Virus record (IMG/VR): IMGVR_UViG_3300023180_000051
Location: 1,320-65,319 of that record
Length of the DNA: 64,000 bases
DNA from: a virus
Lineage: Duplodnaviria > Caudoviricetes
Strand: one strand, 5' to 3'
The position numbers and the translations under genes are program-made. Below are positions 9,910-20,400 of this stretch, piece after piece; positions within the stretch are counted from its first letter, which is position 1, and each line of letters starts with the position of its first letter. Under the pieces are notes generated by a model that saw nothing but the letters and a program-made list of their open reading frames with translations, searched no databases and was not told the DNA's origin.

Positions 9910-11193
9910 TTATGCTCCCATTAATAAAAACGAACTGATAGTTTCTTGTGCAGCTGCAGGTTCTGTTGCACCAGTTACTGTATATGAAGAACCAAATTCA
10001 ATCCACTGTGAACTATTTCCGTCGTTGTAGTAAACGTAACAAATTCCGTCGTCAGAATCTACCCAGCGATCTCCTACACTTGGAGATGTTGGCGCTGTTG
10101 ACTGGAAGTAATTTTCTCCGCCATTACTAACGGATCCATCTGCCATTAAATACTGTGATGCAGTTCCGCCAGATTTTATAAACGAAGTCGCTTTTATATT
10201 ACCTTGTACATCTAATTTTTCAGTTGGATCTATTCCAATACCAACATTATAATTCTCATCTCCAACAATCCAATAGTTTGCTGCTCCACTACTTGTTCTA
10301 TTTCCTATAGCAAGTTGCTCATTGCTAGTTGTATCTGGCGCATCAAATAAAAATGATTCACTAAATCCATTTCCTATGATAACTTTATTTGATGCAGTTG
10401 TAGATATTCCTCCATATTTTCCAATAAAAATATTGGAAGATCCTGTAGTATTATTATTTCCTGATAGTGTGCCAATAGAAACGTTATCTTGCCCTTCTGT
10501 AATAGAAGGTCCAGCAATATATCCAATCGAAACATTTTCTGATCCAGTAGTATAACCAGGTGATGGAAAATATCCTAGGAAGACGTTATGATTACCAGTT
10601 GCACCACTATTTGCTCCTTCACCAGCACCTTCTCCTATGCATACATTATAACTAGCAGATGTAATTTCACCACCAGCATTAACTCCAATAAAAACATTAT
10701 TAAATGCACCGTCAAAATTAAGTCCCGCAAATCTACCTATAGAGATATTTTGATTACCATCGGTATTAGCTGAACCAGCAAGTTGACCGATAGATATGTT
10801 ATAAACACCACTAGTAAGTGATTCCCCCGACTGGTCGCCAATAAGAATATTATCAGTTCCTGTCGTCAGAGCAGCACCTGTGGTTGTTGAACTGCCAACT
10901 AAAAAATTCTGATTATTACTTAGAACAATTTTGTCGTCATTCAGAAGAATGTTATTACCATTTGAATCTAAGTCTCCACCAAGTTGTGGAGTGGTATCTT
11001 CTACTACATTAGATATTCCTCCTCCCCCAGCACCAGCACCAATCTCTACGATGCTTTCTGTGCCGTTGTCTTTCTTGATAAACAGTTTGCCATCAAACGT
11101 GTTGATAGCAACTTCTCCTAATGCTAATTGTGCAGTAGTTGGTACTGCAGATTGTGTGGCTGATCGCCTCAGCCTTACTACTGGTGTTGCCAT
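9910..11193 (-). CDS. Tail fibre protein with gp37/Mtd-type N-terminal domain and YadA-head-like beta-roll repeats
   Basis: N-terminal VRLRRS..P..LALGEVAINTFDGKLF, a DTTPQLGGDLD motif, and ~14-aa periodic N(I/V)xIGxxAG repeats. Confidence 0.8.
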   Translation of the reverse strand: MATPVVRLRRSATQSAVPTTAQLALGEVAINTFDGKLFIKKDNGTESIVEIGAGAGGGGISNVVEDTTPQLGGDLDSNGNNILLNDDKIVLSNNQNFLVGSSTTTGAALTTGTDNILIGDQSGESLTSGVYNISIGQLAGSANTDGNQNISIGRFAGLNFDGAFNNVFIGVNAGGEITSASYNVCIGEGAGEGANSGATGNHNVFLGYFPSPGYTTGSENVSIGYIAGPSITEGQDNVSIGTLSGNNNTTGSSNIFIGKYGGISTTASNKVIIGNGFSESFLFDAPDTTSNEQLAIGNRTSSGAANYWIVGDENYNVGIGIDPTEKLDVQGNIKATSFIKSGGTASQYLMADGSVSNGGENYFQSTAPTSPSVGDRWVDSDDGICYVYYNDGNSSQWIEFGSSYTVTGATEPAAAQETISSFLLMGA

Positions 11194-11212
11194 TTTTTAT
11201 CCTATATAGGTT

Positions 11213-11437
11213 TTAAAATGTGCCACCATCCTGATCTGTATCTACAGACTTTTTACGGGTGGTGGTTTTCTTGGTAGGAGCAGATTCAGAAGCATTATTT
11301 AATGCCTCGGTCAATGCTAAGTCAAATGCTCTTACCTTCGCTTCTAACGCAACAATCTGATTGAGTTGAGAGGAAATTTTTTCCTGCATCACCTCAATCA
11401 GAATTGCGTAATCTACTTGTACTTGATTTTGGATCAT
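11213..11437 (-). CDS. Small coiled-coil protein ending DGGTF
   Basis: 74 aa with a heptad segment ISSQLNQIVALEAKV. Confidence 0.7.
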   Translation of the reverse strand: MIQNQVQVDYAILIEVMQEKISSQLNQIVALEAKVRAFDLALTEALNNASESAPTKKTTTRKKSVDTDQDGGTF

Positions 11438-11459
11438 AACAAAATAATACTGTTAGTAT

Positions 11460-11467
11460 TATTTATC
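11460..11467 (-). promoter_or_regulatory. T4-type late promoter (GATAAATA)
   Basis: NATAAATA box about 22 nt upstream of the 74-aa ORF. Confidence 0.65.
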
Positions 11468-13406
11468 AATAAGTACCAGCATCAACTGTTAGGTTCTGAA
11501 GATATCTTCCAGCGGTTGAACCATCGGGAGCAGAACCAGCAGCAAGATAACTTACAATCGCTTGATTAGCTCCAGCGGTATCTGTTACGTTTAGAGCACC
11601 ACAAAGAACTGCAATTGGAGTAGGTGAAAGATCAGTACCCGAACCAGTGCCAGTAGTAGTACCAGTAACAAATAGATCTAGACCTTCGTCATAACCGATG
11701 AAGATGTTGTCATCATCACCACGCTCAATTACGATACCAGAATCTGCAGTTGGATTACCAGTAGTACCGTTTGCTAATTCAAGCAGTCTATCTGAAACTA
11801 CGGTGTTGGTAGTATTGATGGTTGTGGTAGTACCATTGACTGTTAAGTTACCAGTGATAGTGACGTTAGAATCAAACGTACCGTCTCCAGTAACATCAAG
11901 AGTACCAGGAACATCAATATTTGATGCCCACTCAACACCTGTACCAGCAGCATCTGTTTGAAGTAACTGACGAGCAGTTCCATTTGCTAGTTTTGAAACC
12001 GCAATCTCAGCAGTAGCAGAGATATCTCCATCTACAATTACACCAGAACCAATGCTAGCAGCGCCGCCAGCAGCAATAGTGATATCGCCAGATACCTTAC
12101 CGAAAGTATAATCAGCAACTCTCGTTACTGCTGCTTTGCGGTTAGTACCAGCGCCACCATCATCGACAGCGATAAGATCAGCATCTGCAAGTGCAGCACC
12201 GATGTCAGTCATGCCATCGATGTCAAGTGCTAACTCATGAGAAATTCCTTCACCTGATGTAGCACCACTGGTAGAAATACCACCATTAGCAGTTACTGAA
12301 ACATCAGCAACATAATCACCAGTAGTATCTGTTCCAAGTGCAACAGAGTTAGCAGCAATTGTGGCAACACCAGATGAGTTGAAAGTTACATCACCAGTTG
12401 CTTCTTGAAGAACATATAGTGCTAAATTAGCAGCAGTAATCTTATTATGACCGACACCATTGACACCATCAACAGTGTCATAGAATGCTAGTTCGTCAGC
12501 ATCAGCAATAGTGTCAGTATCTAAACCATTGATGTCTAGTGCAACGTCATCTGCGTTGACTGTGATACCTTCACCAGCACCAATTGCTAGATCAACGGTT
12601 TGACCTTCACCAGCAGAAGAAGTCTTAGCAAGACCTGCACCTGCGGTTACATCTTCGACATAGTTGCCAGTTGTCTGAGTTCCTAGAGCAACAGAGTCGT
12701 TCTGGATTGTTGCAGTGCCGTTTGCTGCAACAGCAATATCGCCAGCAATATCAGCAAAAATAACAGTCTCAAGATTTGAAATTGTTACCTTCTTATTTGC
12801 TGTTGCTGATGCATCATATACTGCAAAAGAATCAGCAACGACTAGAGGATCAGTGCCACCTTCTGCATCTAGTGCAGTTAGTTCGTTAATGTCTAGAGCA
12901 GTTGTAAGAACATTAGTTGCCGTAGCATAGGTCTGTGAAATACCAGACCCACCAGTAAATGTTACGGTATCTGTAGAAGCAATGTTCTCTGAGTTAGAAC
13001 CATCAGATACTGTCCAACCAGAATAACCTGATGTTTGATCTACCCAAGAAAGATTTCCATTAGCATCGGACTGAAGAATCTTTGCTCCTGTTGGAGCTGC
13101 TGGCCAAGTATATGTTGAATCTGTTGCGATATCAGCAACATCAAAAGTTACCGATCCTCCACCAGATACATCAGTTCTTGCTAGAATAGTTACTTCGCCT
13201 GAAGTAGTTGCCGCCGCGGCTGTGAGTGACTCATCAACTCTTGCTGTATATGAAGTACCACCAACATGAACAAAAGAAGATGCGCCATCTGCAACGTAAA
13301 GGTTGCTTGCGCTAGTATCAAAAAATGGTTCACCAGAAAGAGCAGTTGACACATTTCCTACTGGGGTGGATGATCCCCTACGTAGTCTTAAACGTGGTGC
13401 TGCCAT
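11466..13406 (-). CDS. Tail fibre protein
   Basis: N-terminal RLRLRRG..LSGEPFFDT domain, three internal repeats, GNLTVNGTTTTIN..DRLLEL..DSGIVIERG fibre motif; ends DAGTY. Confidence 0.8.
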   Translation of the reverse strand: MAAPRLRLRRGSSTPVGNVSTALSGEPFFDTSASNLYVADGASSFVHVGGTSYTARVDESLTAAAATTSGEVTILARTDVSGGGSVTFDVADIATDSTYTWPAAPTGAKILQSDANGNLSWVDQTSGYSGWTVSDGSNSENIASTDTVTFTGGSGISQTYATATNVLTTALDINELTALDAEGGTDPLVVADSFAVYDASATANKKVTISNLETVIFADIAGDIAVAANGTATIQNDSVALGTQTTGNYVEDVTAGAGLAKTSSAGEGQTVDLAIGAGEGITVNADDVALDINGLDTDTIADADELAFYDTVDGVNGVGHNKITAANLALYVLQEATGDVTFNSSGVATIAANSVALGTDTTGDYVADVSVTANGGISTSGATSGEGISHELALDIDGMTDIGAALADADLIAVDDGGAGTNRKAAVTRVADYTFGKVSGDITIAAGGAASIGSGVIVDGDISATAEIAVSKLANGTARQLLQTDAAGTGVEWASNIDVPGTLDVTGDGTFDSNVTITGNLTVNGTTTTINTTNTVVSDRLLELANGTTGNPTADSGIVIERGDDDNIFIGYDEGLDLFVTGTTTGTGSGTDLSPTPIAVLCGALNVTDTAGANQAIVSYLAAGSAPDGSTAGRYLQNLTVDAGTY

Positions 13407-13434
13407 TTTAGTTCCTTAAAACCTGTTACTTATA

Positions 13435-13441
13435 TATTTAG
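13435..13441 (-). promoter_or_regulatory. Late promoter variant (CTAAATA)
   Basis: Located about 28 nt upstream of the 646-aa fibre gene, with SD AAGGA between. Confidence 0.55.
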
Positions 13442-13821
13442 TAAGTTCCATAGTCTAAAGCATCATCATCAATATTATCAGATCTATCAACTATTTCAAA
13501 TGGTGAAACATATTCATGCTTTTGTAATGATTCATTCCAAACTAAAACATAGTTATTATTTCTATTTGATGTATCGACATCATTAGAACCAGATAATGAT
13601 CCTGCTACTGGTAAACTATAAACATGAGCTTGTTGGGTTTCATCCCAAGTCACAACGTATTGATCTAATCTACCAGAAGTGTTGACATCATCAAGTGTGG
13701 ACAAATTTCCTTCTAGCTGCTGAGGAGCTTCATCTACGTCTACAATTTGTTTTCTATCTGTTCTTGTAAAAGTTACATTATAATTATTTGTGCTGCTTAC
13801 TGTAACTTGATACTTGCTCAT
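13438..13821 (-). CDS. Fibre connector-like protein ending DYGTY
   Basis: 127 aa with two LSxxxDVxTS..YVxxW(D/N)E repeats. Confidence 0.7.
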   Translation of the reverse strand: MSKYQVTVSSTNNYNVTFTRTDRKQIVDVDEAPQQLEGNLSTLDDVNTSGRLDQYVVTWDETQQAHVYSLPVAGSLSGSNDVDTSNRNNNYVLVWNESLQKHEYVSPFEIVDRSDNIDDDALDYGTY

Positions 13822-14171
13822 AGTACTCCTGGCATTACTGTGACCACTCCTTCAATTACTTTATCCGTTGTTCCTCCAGGACTAGTAATAAAAAGATTCC
13901 ATACATATCTTCCTTTTTTGAGGTCTGTTGTTTTTTGTACCAATGATCCTCCACTGTTTGCCATAGAGAGTTTTACTTCACCAGTAGTAACATCAGTTAC
14001 AGTAGCACCTAAACTATACTTGGTTGTTGTAGTATAATTTCTTGCCATATATGCAGACACAGCATATCCAGTCATATCTAGAAAGTTTCCATTCTCATCT
14101 CTTAGGTTGAATGAAACTTCCCAGTCAGCACCAATCTCTATTTGTAGATTTACTGGTATAGCAGTAGCCAT
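13818..14171 (-). CDS. BppU/LtfC-like Ig-fold fibre attachment protein
   Basis: NLQIEIGADW...DMTGY...GEVKLSM...GRYVW...KVIEGVVTV.PGV, a widespread small virion family. Confidence 0.7.
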   Translation of the reverse strand: MATAIPVNLQIEIGADWEVSFNLRDENGNFLDMTGYAVSAYMARNYTTTTKYSLGATVTDVTTGEVKLSMANSGGSLVQKTTDLKKGRYVWNLFITSPGGTTDKVIEGVVTVMPGVL

Positions 14172-14175
14172 GAAA

Positions 14176-14211
14176 ATACCCCTCTATACTTGTATTTATA
14201 CAGAGGGGTAT
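14176..14211 (-). promoter_or_regulatory. Late promoter TATAAATA (14193-14200) inside an SD-sequestering hairpin
   Basis: Minus strand ATACCCCTCTGTA-TAAATACAAG-TATAGAGGGGTAT, then TTTC-ATG. Confidence 0.75.
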
Positions 14212-14214
14212 CTA

Positions 14215-14397
14215 TCAAGATTCTTCGCTTGGAGCGTCTGGTGAATCATGCTCTAATAAATTTAGAGTCTCTAGACCACCAGTAAGTTTTGTTCTATACT
14301 CTTTTGCTTTTACTAGATTTTGTTCTAGTTCTTTAATTTGACTATCAGTTTGAGCAATTTGATCTTCAAAATTTTTTCTAAGTGTTGCAGGATCCAT
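14215..14397 (-). CDS. Small coiled-coil hypothetical protein
   Basis: 60 aa MDPATLRKNFEDQI..KLTGGLETL with its own late promoter. Confidence 0.75.
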   Translation of the reverse strand: MDPATLRKNFEDQIAQTDSQIKELEQNLVKAKEYRTKLTGGLETLNLLEHDSPDAPSEES

Positions 14398-14421
14398 GAT
14401 ATATCATGATGACATCACTAA

Positions 14422-14429
14422 TATTTATA
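14422..14429 (-). promoter_or_regulatory. T4 late promoter (TATAAATA)
   Basis: Perfect consensus overlapping the stop codon of the 4038-aa gene. Confidence 0.7.
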
Positions 14430-17400
14430 GACCCTGTGCGAACGCAAACTCGCTAGACAGGTGAGCAATATCCGAAATAAAGATTCTAGAATTACTATCT
14501 AAGAACACACCGTTTGCATCAAAGAACATTATATAATACAAACTAGAATTTAGAAGGTTCTTGTACAATACTGCATAACCAGAAGTGCCTGCTTGAGCAC
14601 CATAAACACTATACTGTTTATAATTTACATTATTATTGAATGAAATAATAGCTCTTTCATCTTCAACACCTTCCTCATATGGCGCAACATTTAGAACTCC
14701 ATTGGGATCTATACCAGTGTTATTAAGTAAAATTAGTCCTCCTTGCAGTTCTGCTAAGTCTGAATAGAATTTGCCATTTTGTGTGACGGTTACTGTATCT
14801 ATTTCACCTTCTTCATTTGTTCCGCAAGTTAATAGTGCATCTAAACCAAACTCAGAACTTACCCGACAATTACTAAAAGTAGTCAAAGGTTCATATCCAG
14901 TTCCAGCACGAACAATTCTAGGTTCAATAAGACCTTCTTCAAACAATGATAATGGAGCAGATGTAAAGATAGGATCGCCAAATGTTGGAGATTCTGGATC
15001 ATTATCAGTTCCAATTTGTTCTGGAGCAGTTCTAAAGTCTGGTACAATCAAACCATTATATTCATAATAGTTGCATGTTTGACAACCAATAACTTTGTAT
15101 TCGTTCAACTCGTTTGTTTCTACTGGAGCACCAGACTCGTATTTGAAGTATACTAAGTTTGTACCATCCCATGCAAGTAAATTTCCTTCAAGGACAGAAG
15201 ACTTGTATCTATAGAGAGTTGTATTACCGACATTTTCAATAACTCTGAACGTTCCATTGTCAACATCATATTGTTCTGGATTCAGATCACTTGTTGCTGG
15301 TAATGGTAAAGCAGAAAGTACAAATCTTGTCTGTAGAGTTATTGGGTTATGTACAGCAGCAACGTACTTATTAAATCCAGCATATTCAATTGCTGTTATA
15401 TGTTCGTCTTCTGAAATTAGATTTAGAGACAAATCAATACATGATCCTACTCCAGTTACAGCAACACCGTTATAAGTAAATCTAGTTCCAACATCAAATC
15501 CTGCAGGAGCACCAATGTCTGTCCAATTTGTATCTTCTACAAGGTCAATAGTATACTCTTGACCAGATATCATTTCGGTTGCTGGAATTTCTTTATCACG
15601 ATATAGTTCTGTATCAATCCAGACTCTAGCGTTAGGTGAATATCTTATAAACTGCCTTCCAGTATTGAGATTCGTACCTGCACAAATAAATTGACCATCG
15701 TTAAATGTCAATGCTTTGACATCAAATTCTTCGGTACTTTCTGGAGAAGTAATATCAGAGAAGTTTTCATATTCGTAAATTTCAATAAATGGACTTTGGT
15801 ATACTCCTTGGAAGAATACTCTATATCCTGCCTCAACAAACTTACCAAGACCATAAGTTACTGCAGTAGTTTTGATTGGAGTAAAGACATTGTTGTATCC
15901 TTTTATTCTGTCAGCAACAACATCAATATCTAGATTTAGTCCTGTTATATTTGATAGAACAAAGTTTTTATAGAAATTAGTTGAAGATGCAATATCATAA
16001 ATCAGAACATAATTATAATCATCAAACTCTGCTTCAATTACGGTGTTAGTATTGTTTACAGTAATTGAGTACCATACAATACTATCTGCTGAAACTGAAC
16101 TTGGATTTGTGCTGGTATAGTATACTAAATTATCTCCTTGAGCAAATGTATAACTACCAATCCTCTTTATAAATTTCACATTTGTTTCAGATAGCAAACT
16201 GTAATCTACTCCATTACCAGAAGAAATATCAGTAATAGATAGTGATTTGAACGTTCCATTTGCAAATGCAATCAAAATATTAGAACTTGGTTCATCGTAA
16301 GATATGTGATTGATTGTATTTGCTAAAGTTCTATTACTCCAGTTTTCTCCATCGAATGACCAGTAAAGACTTGTTCCAGAGAATGAAGCAAAGAAAGGAA
16401 GATCTAGATATAATCCAGAAATAATTTTCTCTACGGGAGTATTAGCAAAGAAAGTTGGTTGTGTGACAACTTCATTCCAATAAATTGGTCTGTTCTTTGA
16501 AATAAAGTTTCTTTGTTTGAATACAAATCTACCAAGAGTTTTACCAACAGATGTTGTAAACATCTCTCTAGTTGCTCTGGTCTGAACGGTTTCAATATCA
16601 TAGATTGCTCCGTCAGTTCCATCAGCAATAACACTAGTGTTTACAATCTGCTGTCTCTGATTATTCTTGAATCCTCCAAGTTCAACAGCACCAATTTCAA
16701 AATCTCTTGTAGAGAATCCATCTTTACTAGCAATGTACATAATGTTAGAACTAGGCGTTGAACTAGAGTTAGAATTTATTGTCAGTGATGTTTCACTAAA
16801 AACATTAGAAACATAATATTTTATGGAACTTCTGTTGATATCGATTGGTTCACTGGGATTAGGAGAAATAATAAATGAAACGGTATCACCAATAAAGACA
16901 TTGTTTGTGTCTCCATTGACTATAGTTACATTGTACTTATATCTTCTTACATAAAATCTTAGATTGCTTGGATCACCGAGCAATGATTGTGTCAAATAAA
17001 CTACATTGTTAACATAATCAATTGATTTTACTTTTGTTCCTGGTTTTATATTTGTACCAGTAACAAAGAGATCCTCAGAATGCAATTCATTTACATCAGA
17101 TAAGATTACATATGAATTGATATCTCCAGCCTCGCTAAATGAAGCGGAGGTTTTTAGTGATTTCAAAACAGAGTAAACATATGATCGACTATAACTGCTA
17201 GATGTTATAACAGCTTTATAGTTATCAAACAGAACTGCTTTTTGTGGTCCATAAACCAAACCTCTAACGTTAGGAATTCTTTGATAATCAGTTCTGTAGT
17301 CTTGTGATTTTACAATAACAGTATCTTTATAAGTTGAAGCGATCTTTAGTGGTGTTGTAAGATTTACCTTAATGTAATTTTTTTCTAGATCAATCAATGT

Positions 17401-20400
17401 TCCAAATACATTTGGAGCAAAAGGAAGAACTACATCGTAATATGTGTTAGAAGCATTGTTTATAGATAATTGTTGATCTTTATACCATCCATAAGAATAG
17501 TTGGAAGTGTATGGTTCGGTTCTGTTAGATGGTAATTGTATATCAAAGAAATTGTATTGAGTTCCAGCATCATCAAGATTGAATGCCGATCTACCATATG
17601 GTCCATTGATATCGCCAGGAGCAGAAGATAAATCTAGGCGAGCAAGGAATCCTCCTCTACTAGAATTATTTTTATATGTGAATCCTGTCAAATAACATAC
17701 ATCGTTTTCTACATATATCGATTTATTTCTATTTCTAATATCTACCAAAATACCATCAGATAAATCAGAACCAAATTCTTTTGCTAGCAATAAATTTCCA
17801 TTAGTATCTAATTTATAGAGTATCAAATCACTACCAGTATTACCACTGGTAGTATACCCATAATGATAAGTAGTTCCAGTAGTTTTATCAATATCAATTC
17901 CTCCATAAGAGTATTCAGATGCATTTGCATCAAACACTTTACCCCATTGATATGTGCCATTAGTATCTAACTTCATAACAAACGTATAGTAAGCTTGGTA
18001 TGTTGGATCGCTATTGTATGAATAACTATATCCACCAATGTATACGTTATCATTATCATCTAATACTAAACCATTTATATATTCAGCTCCATTATATGTA
18101 AGGTCAATTTGAGAATATACTTTGCTCCATATTGCAGTAGGATTATTTGGATTTGAAGTAATGTCAAATTTGTATATGCCCAATAACTGATCATATATCG
18201 CTGCAGCAAGATACATGTATCCTTGAGAATCAAACTTGATATCTCTAATTCTCCATTGATACTCACTAGTACCAATACGCCAATCATCTAATAATGTTAG
18301 GGTGGTACTATCTAATTTTACAACCATTCCACCTTGGTATGCTCCTGTCAAACTCATACCAGTATTAATCTGGTCATTAGATCCATGCATACCAGTAAGG
18401 AAATTGAAATCGTTGTAGTTCCAAACTACTTGATTGTTATCAGTAAATGTAACATTGATTTCTTTCAGGTCAATATTATCCATATAAGTTGACCAGTAGT
18501 AACCACCAGCAAATATACTGAAATAGTATTCATTAGAATCAAATGCTTGAATTGTAAATGTATGCTGAGGTGATGCTGGTTTTACATTTGTCTTATCATA
18601 ATAAATTTCCATTTGTGAAGTAGATGGGTTGTAGTCCATCCAATAGAAAACATTCTGTTTGATACCAACAAATGGTGCAGTACCAGATAGAATATTCAGA
18701 TCAACTGCCTGTTGTTCGAATGGAGTAGTTCCTGAATATCCATCTGTTTTATAATATCTAACAGTATTATCAGTATCTCTCCATACATCACCAGTAAAAA
18801 CAAATGAAGCATACTCCAAACTACTACTTGTATGTTTTTGTAACCAGTAGTAACTACCATGCTTATCATTTTGTTTTGTCCAACCAATACCAAATACTCC
18901 AGACTGAGTATTATTATTTGGATCAGACATTTCAATATTGAATGAAATGCTAAATGGTCTATTCCATAGATACTTATTTTCTGTGTAGAAATTATTGGTT
19001 TGGTAATTAGCATTATAATGGCACATTCTCAAGTCTTTACTATTGACTATGCTATATCCAGAACTTTGATTATCATGACCATCATACAAAGTATGAAGAG
19101 CAAATCTCCAACCACTTGTATTTGGAACAGATGGTAAATCCCATCTATAATGTCTGCCAGAATAAGTCCACGAAAGACTTGCTACTCTTTCTCCTTCAAA
19201 AGAAAATGCACCGCCACCACTAGCAGAGTTTGCTCCAGATGAATAAGAATTATCATTAATTTCTGTAGAAAGTTCTACTCTTGTTTGTTCATTTTCATAG
19301 AATCTCAACTCGTGGAATTTAGTTGGAGATCCTAGAGACCCACTACTACTTGTGCTTCCTTCGTAAACTACATGATATATTCTATTAGGAGCAGTTCCTG
19401 TAATACCATATCTAATTCTTTGACATGAGTAATTAGATCTACATCCAAAGAAAAGTTTATCTTCTGCTGGACTAGTACCTGACATATTAGTTATGGCAAG
19501 TGGATCGTATGCTCCAAATATTATTGCACCTTTAGTGCTCACATATGCAGTATTATGAAGTCTTCCTTGGAAATTGACACTCCAGGGTAGAGCAAGTTCC
19601 CAATAACCATTGTAATTAGTACCTACTGTTGGAGTTTCTGAAGATGACCAATCTCCTGGGAATAGTCCATTAAATTTTGTACTTCCAGTAATCCATAGAT
19701 TTCCAGTGCTATCAAATTCAAACCCACCATATGGATATTCTTCTCCACCAGAACTTATTTTTTTGTCTAGTAAAACAGTTCCATTTGTATCATATTTTGC
19801 TATGTGAATAGAATTATCAGTACGATTTCTAGTCAAACAATATATCTGGTCATTATAAACCTGCACTCCTTCTGGACGATAATCAAAATCAAATGTACTC
19901 TCTGCTGCTTTTGCCCAAACAACATCTCCAGCAGAATCAAACTTGATTAAGAACTGCCTATCTCCAGTACTAGATGATTCATAATATCCAGTTGCTAGTG
20001 TATAAATGTTTCCTAAAGAATCTTTTGCTACACCGCAAGTTGATAACTGGTAATTTGATGATGGATTTCCAAATGTCGTAATGAAGTTAGCTGCGTTTTC
20101 TTCTCCCTGTGTTCCTTCTGGATATTCAAGCGATTGAATTTCATAATCATTTCCTTCAAATGACAAAATATAATTTCCAGTATTTTTGATTCCAGTCTCT
20201 GGATCATACTTTGGTTCTAGACCTGTCAGACTTTCTGGATCTAGAATGGTATCAGAAAGGAATAGTGTTTTGGAGAATTTTTCTGACGCAAAAGAAACAT
20301 ATTTTGATGTCAAACATTTCACTGGTTTAATATCCAAGCATCCAGACAGAGGAATGTATTTGAATCCTCTACCGTTATTGAATTTGTTTGCAGCAGTAAC

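Noticed and set aside
9910-13406. Diversity-generating retroelement suggested by Mtd-like N-terminal domains
   Set aside because: No reverse transcriptase and no template/variable repeat pair differing at adenines was seen in the window; the domain is a generic fibre junction.
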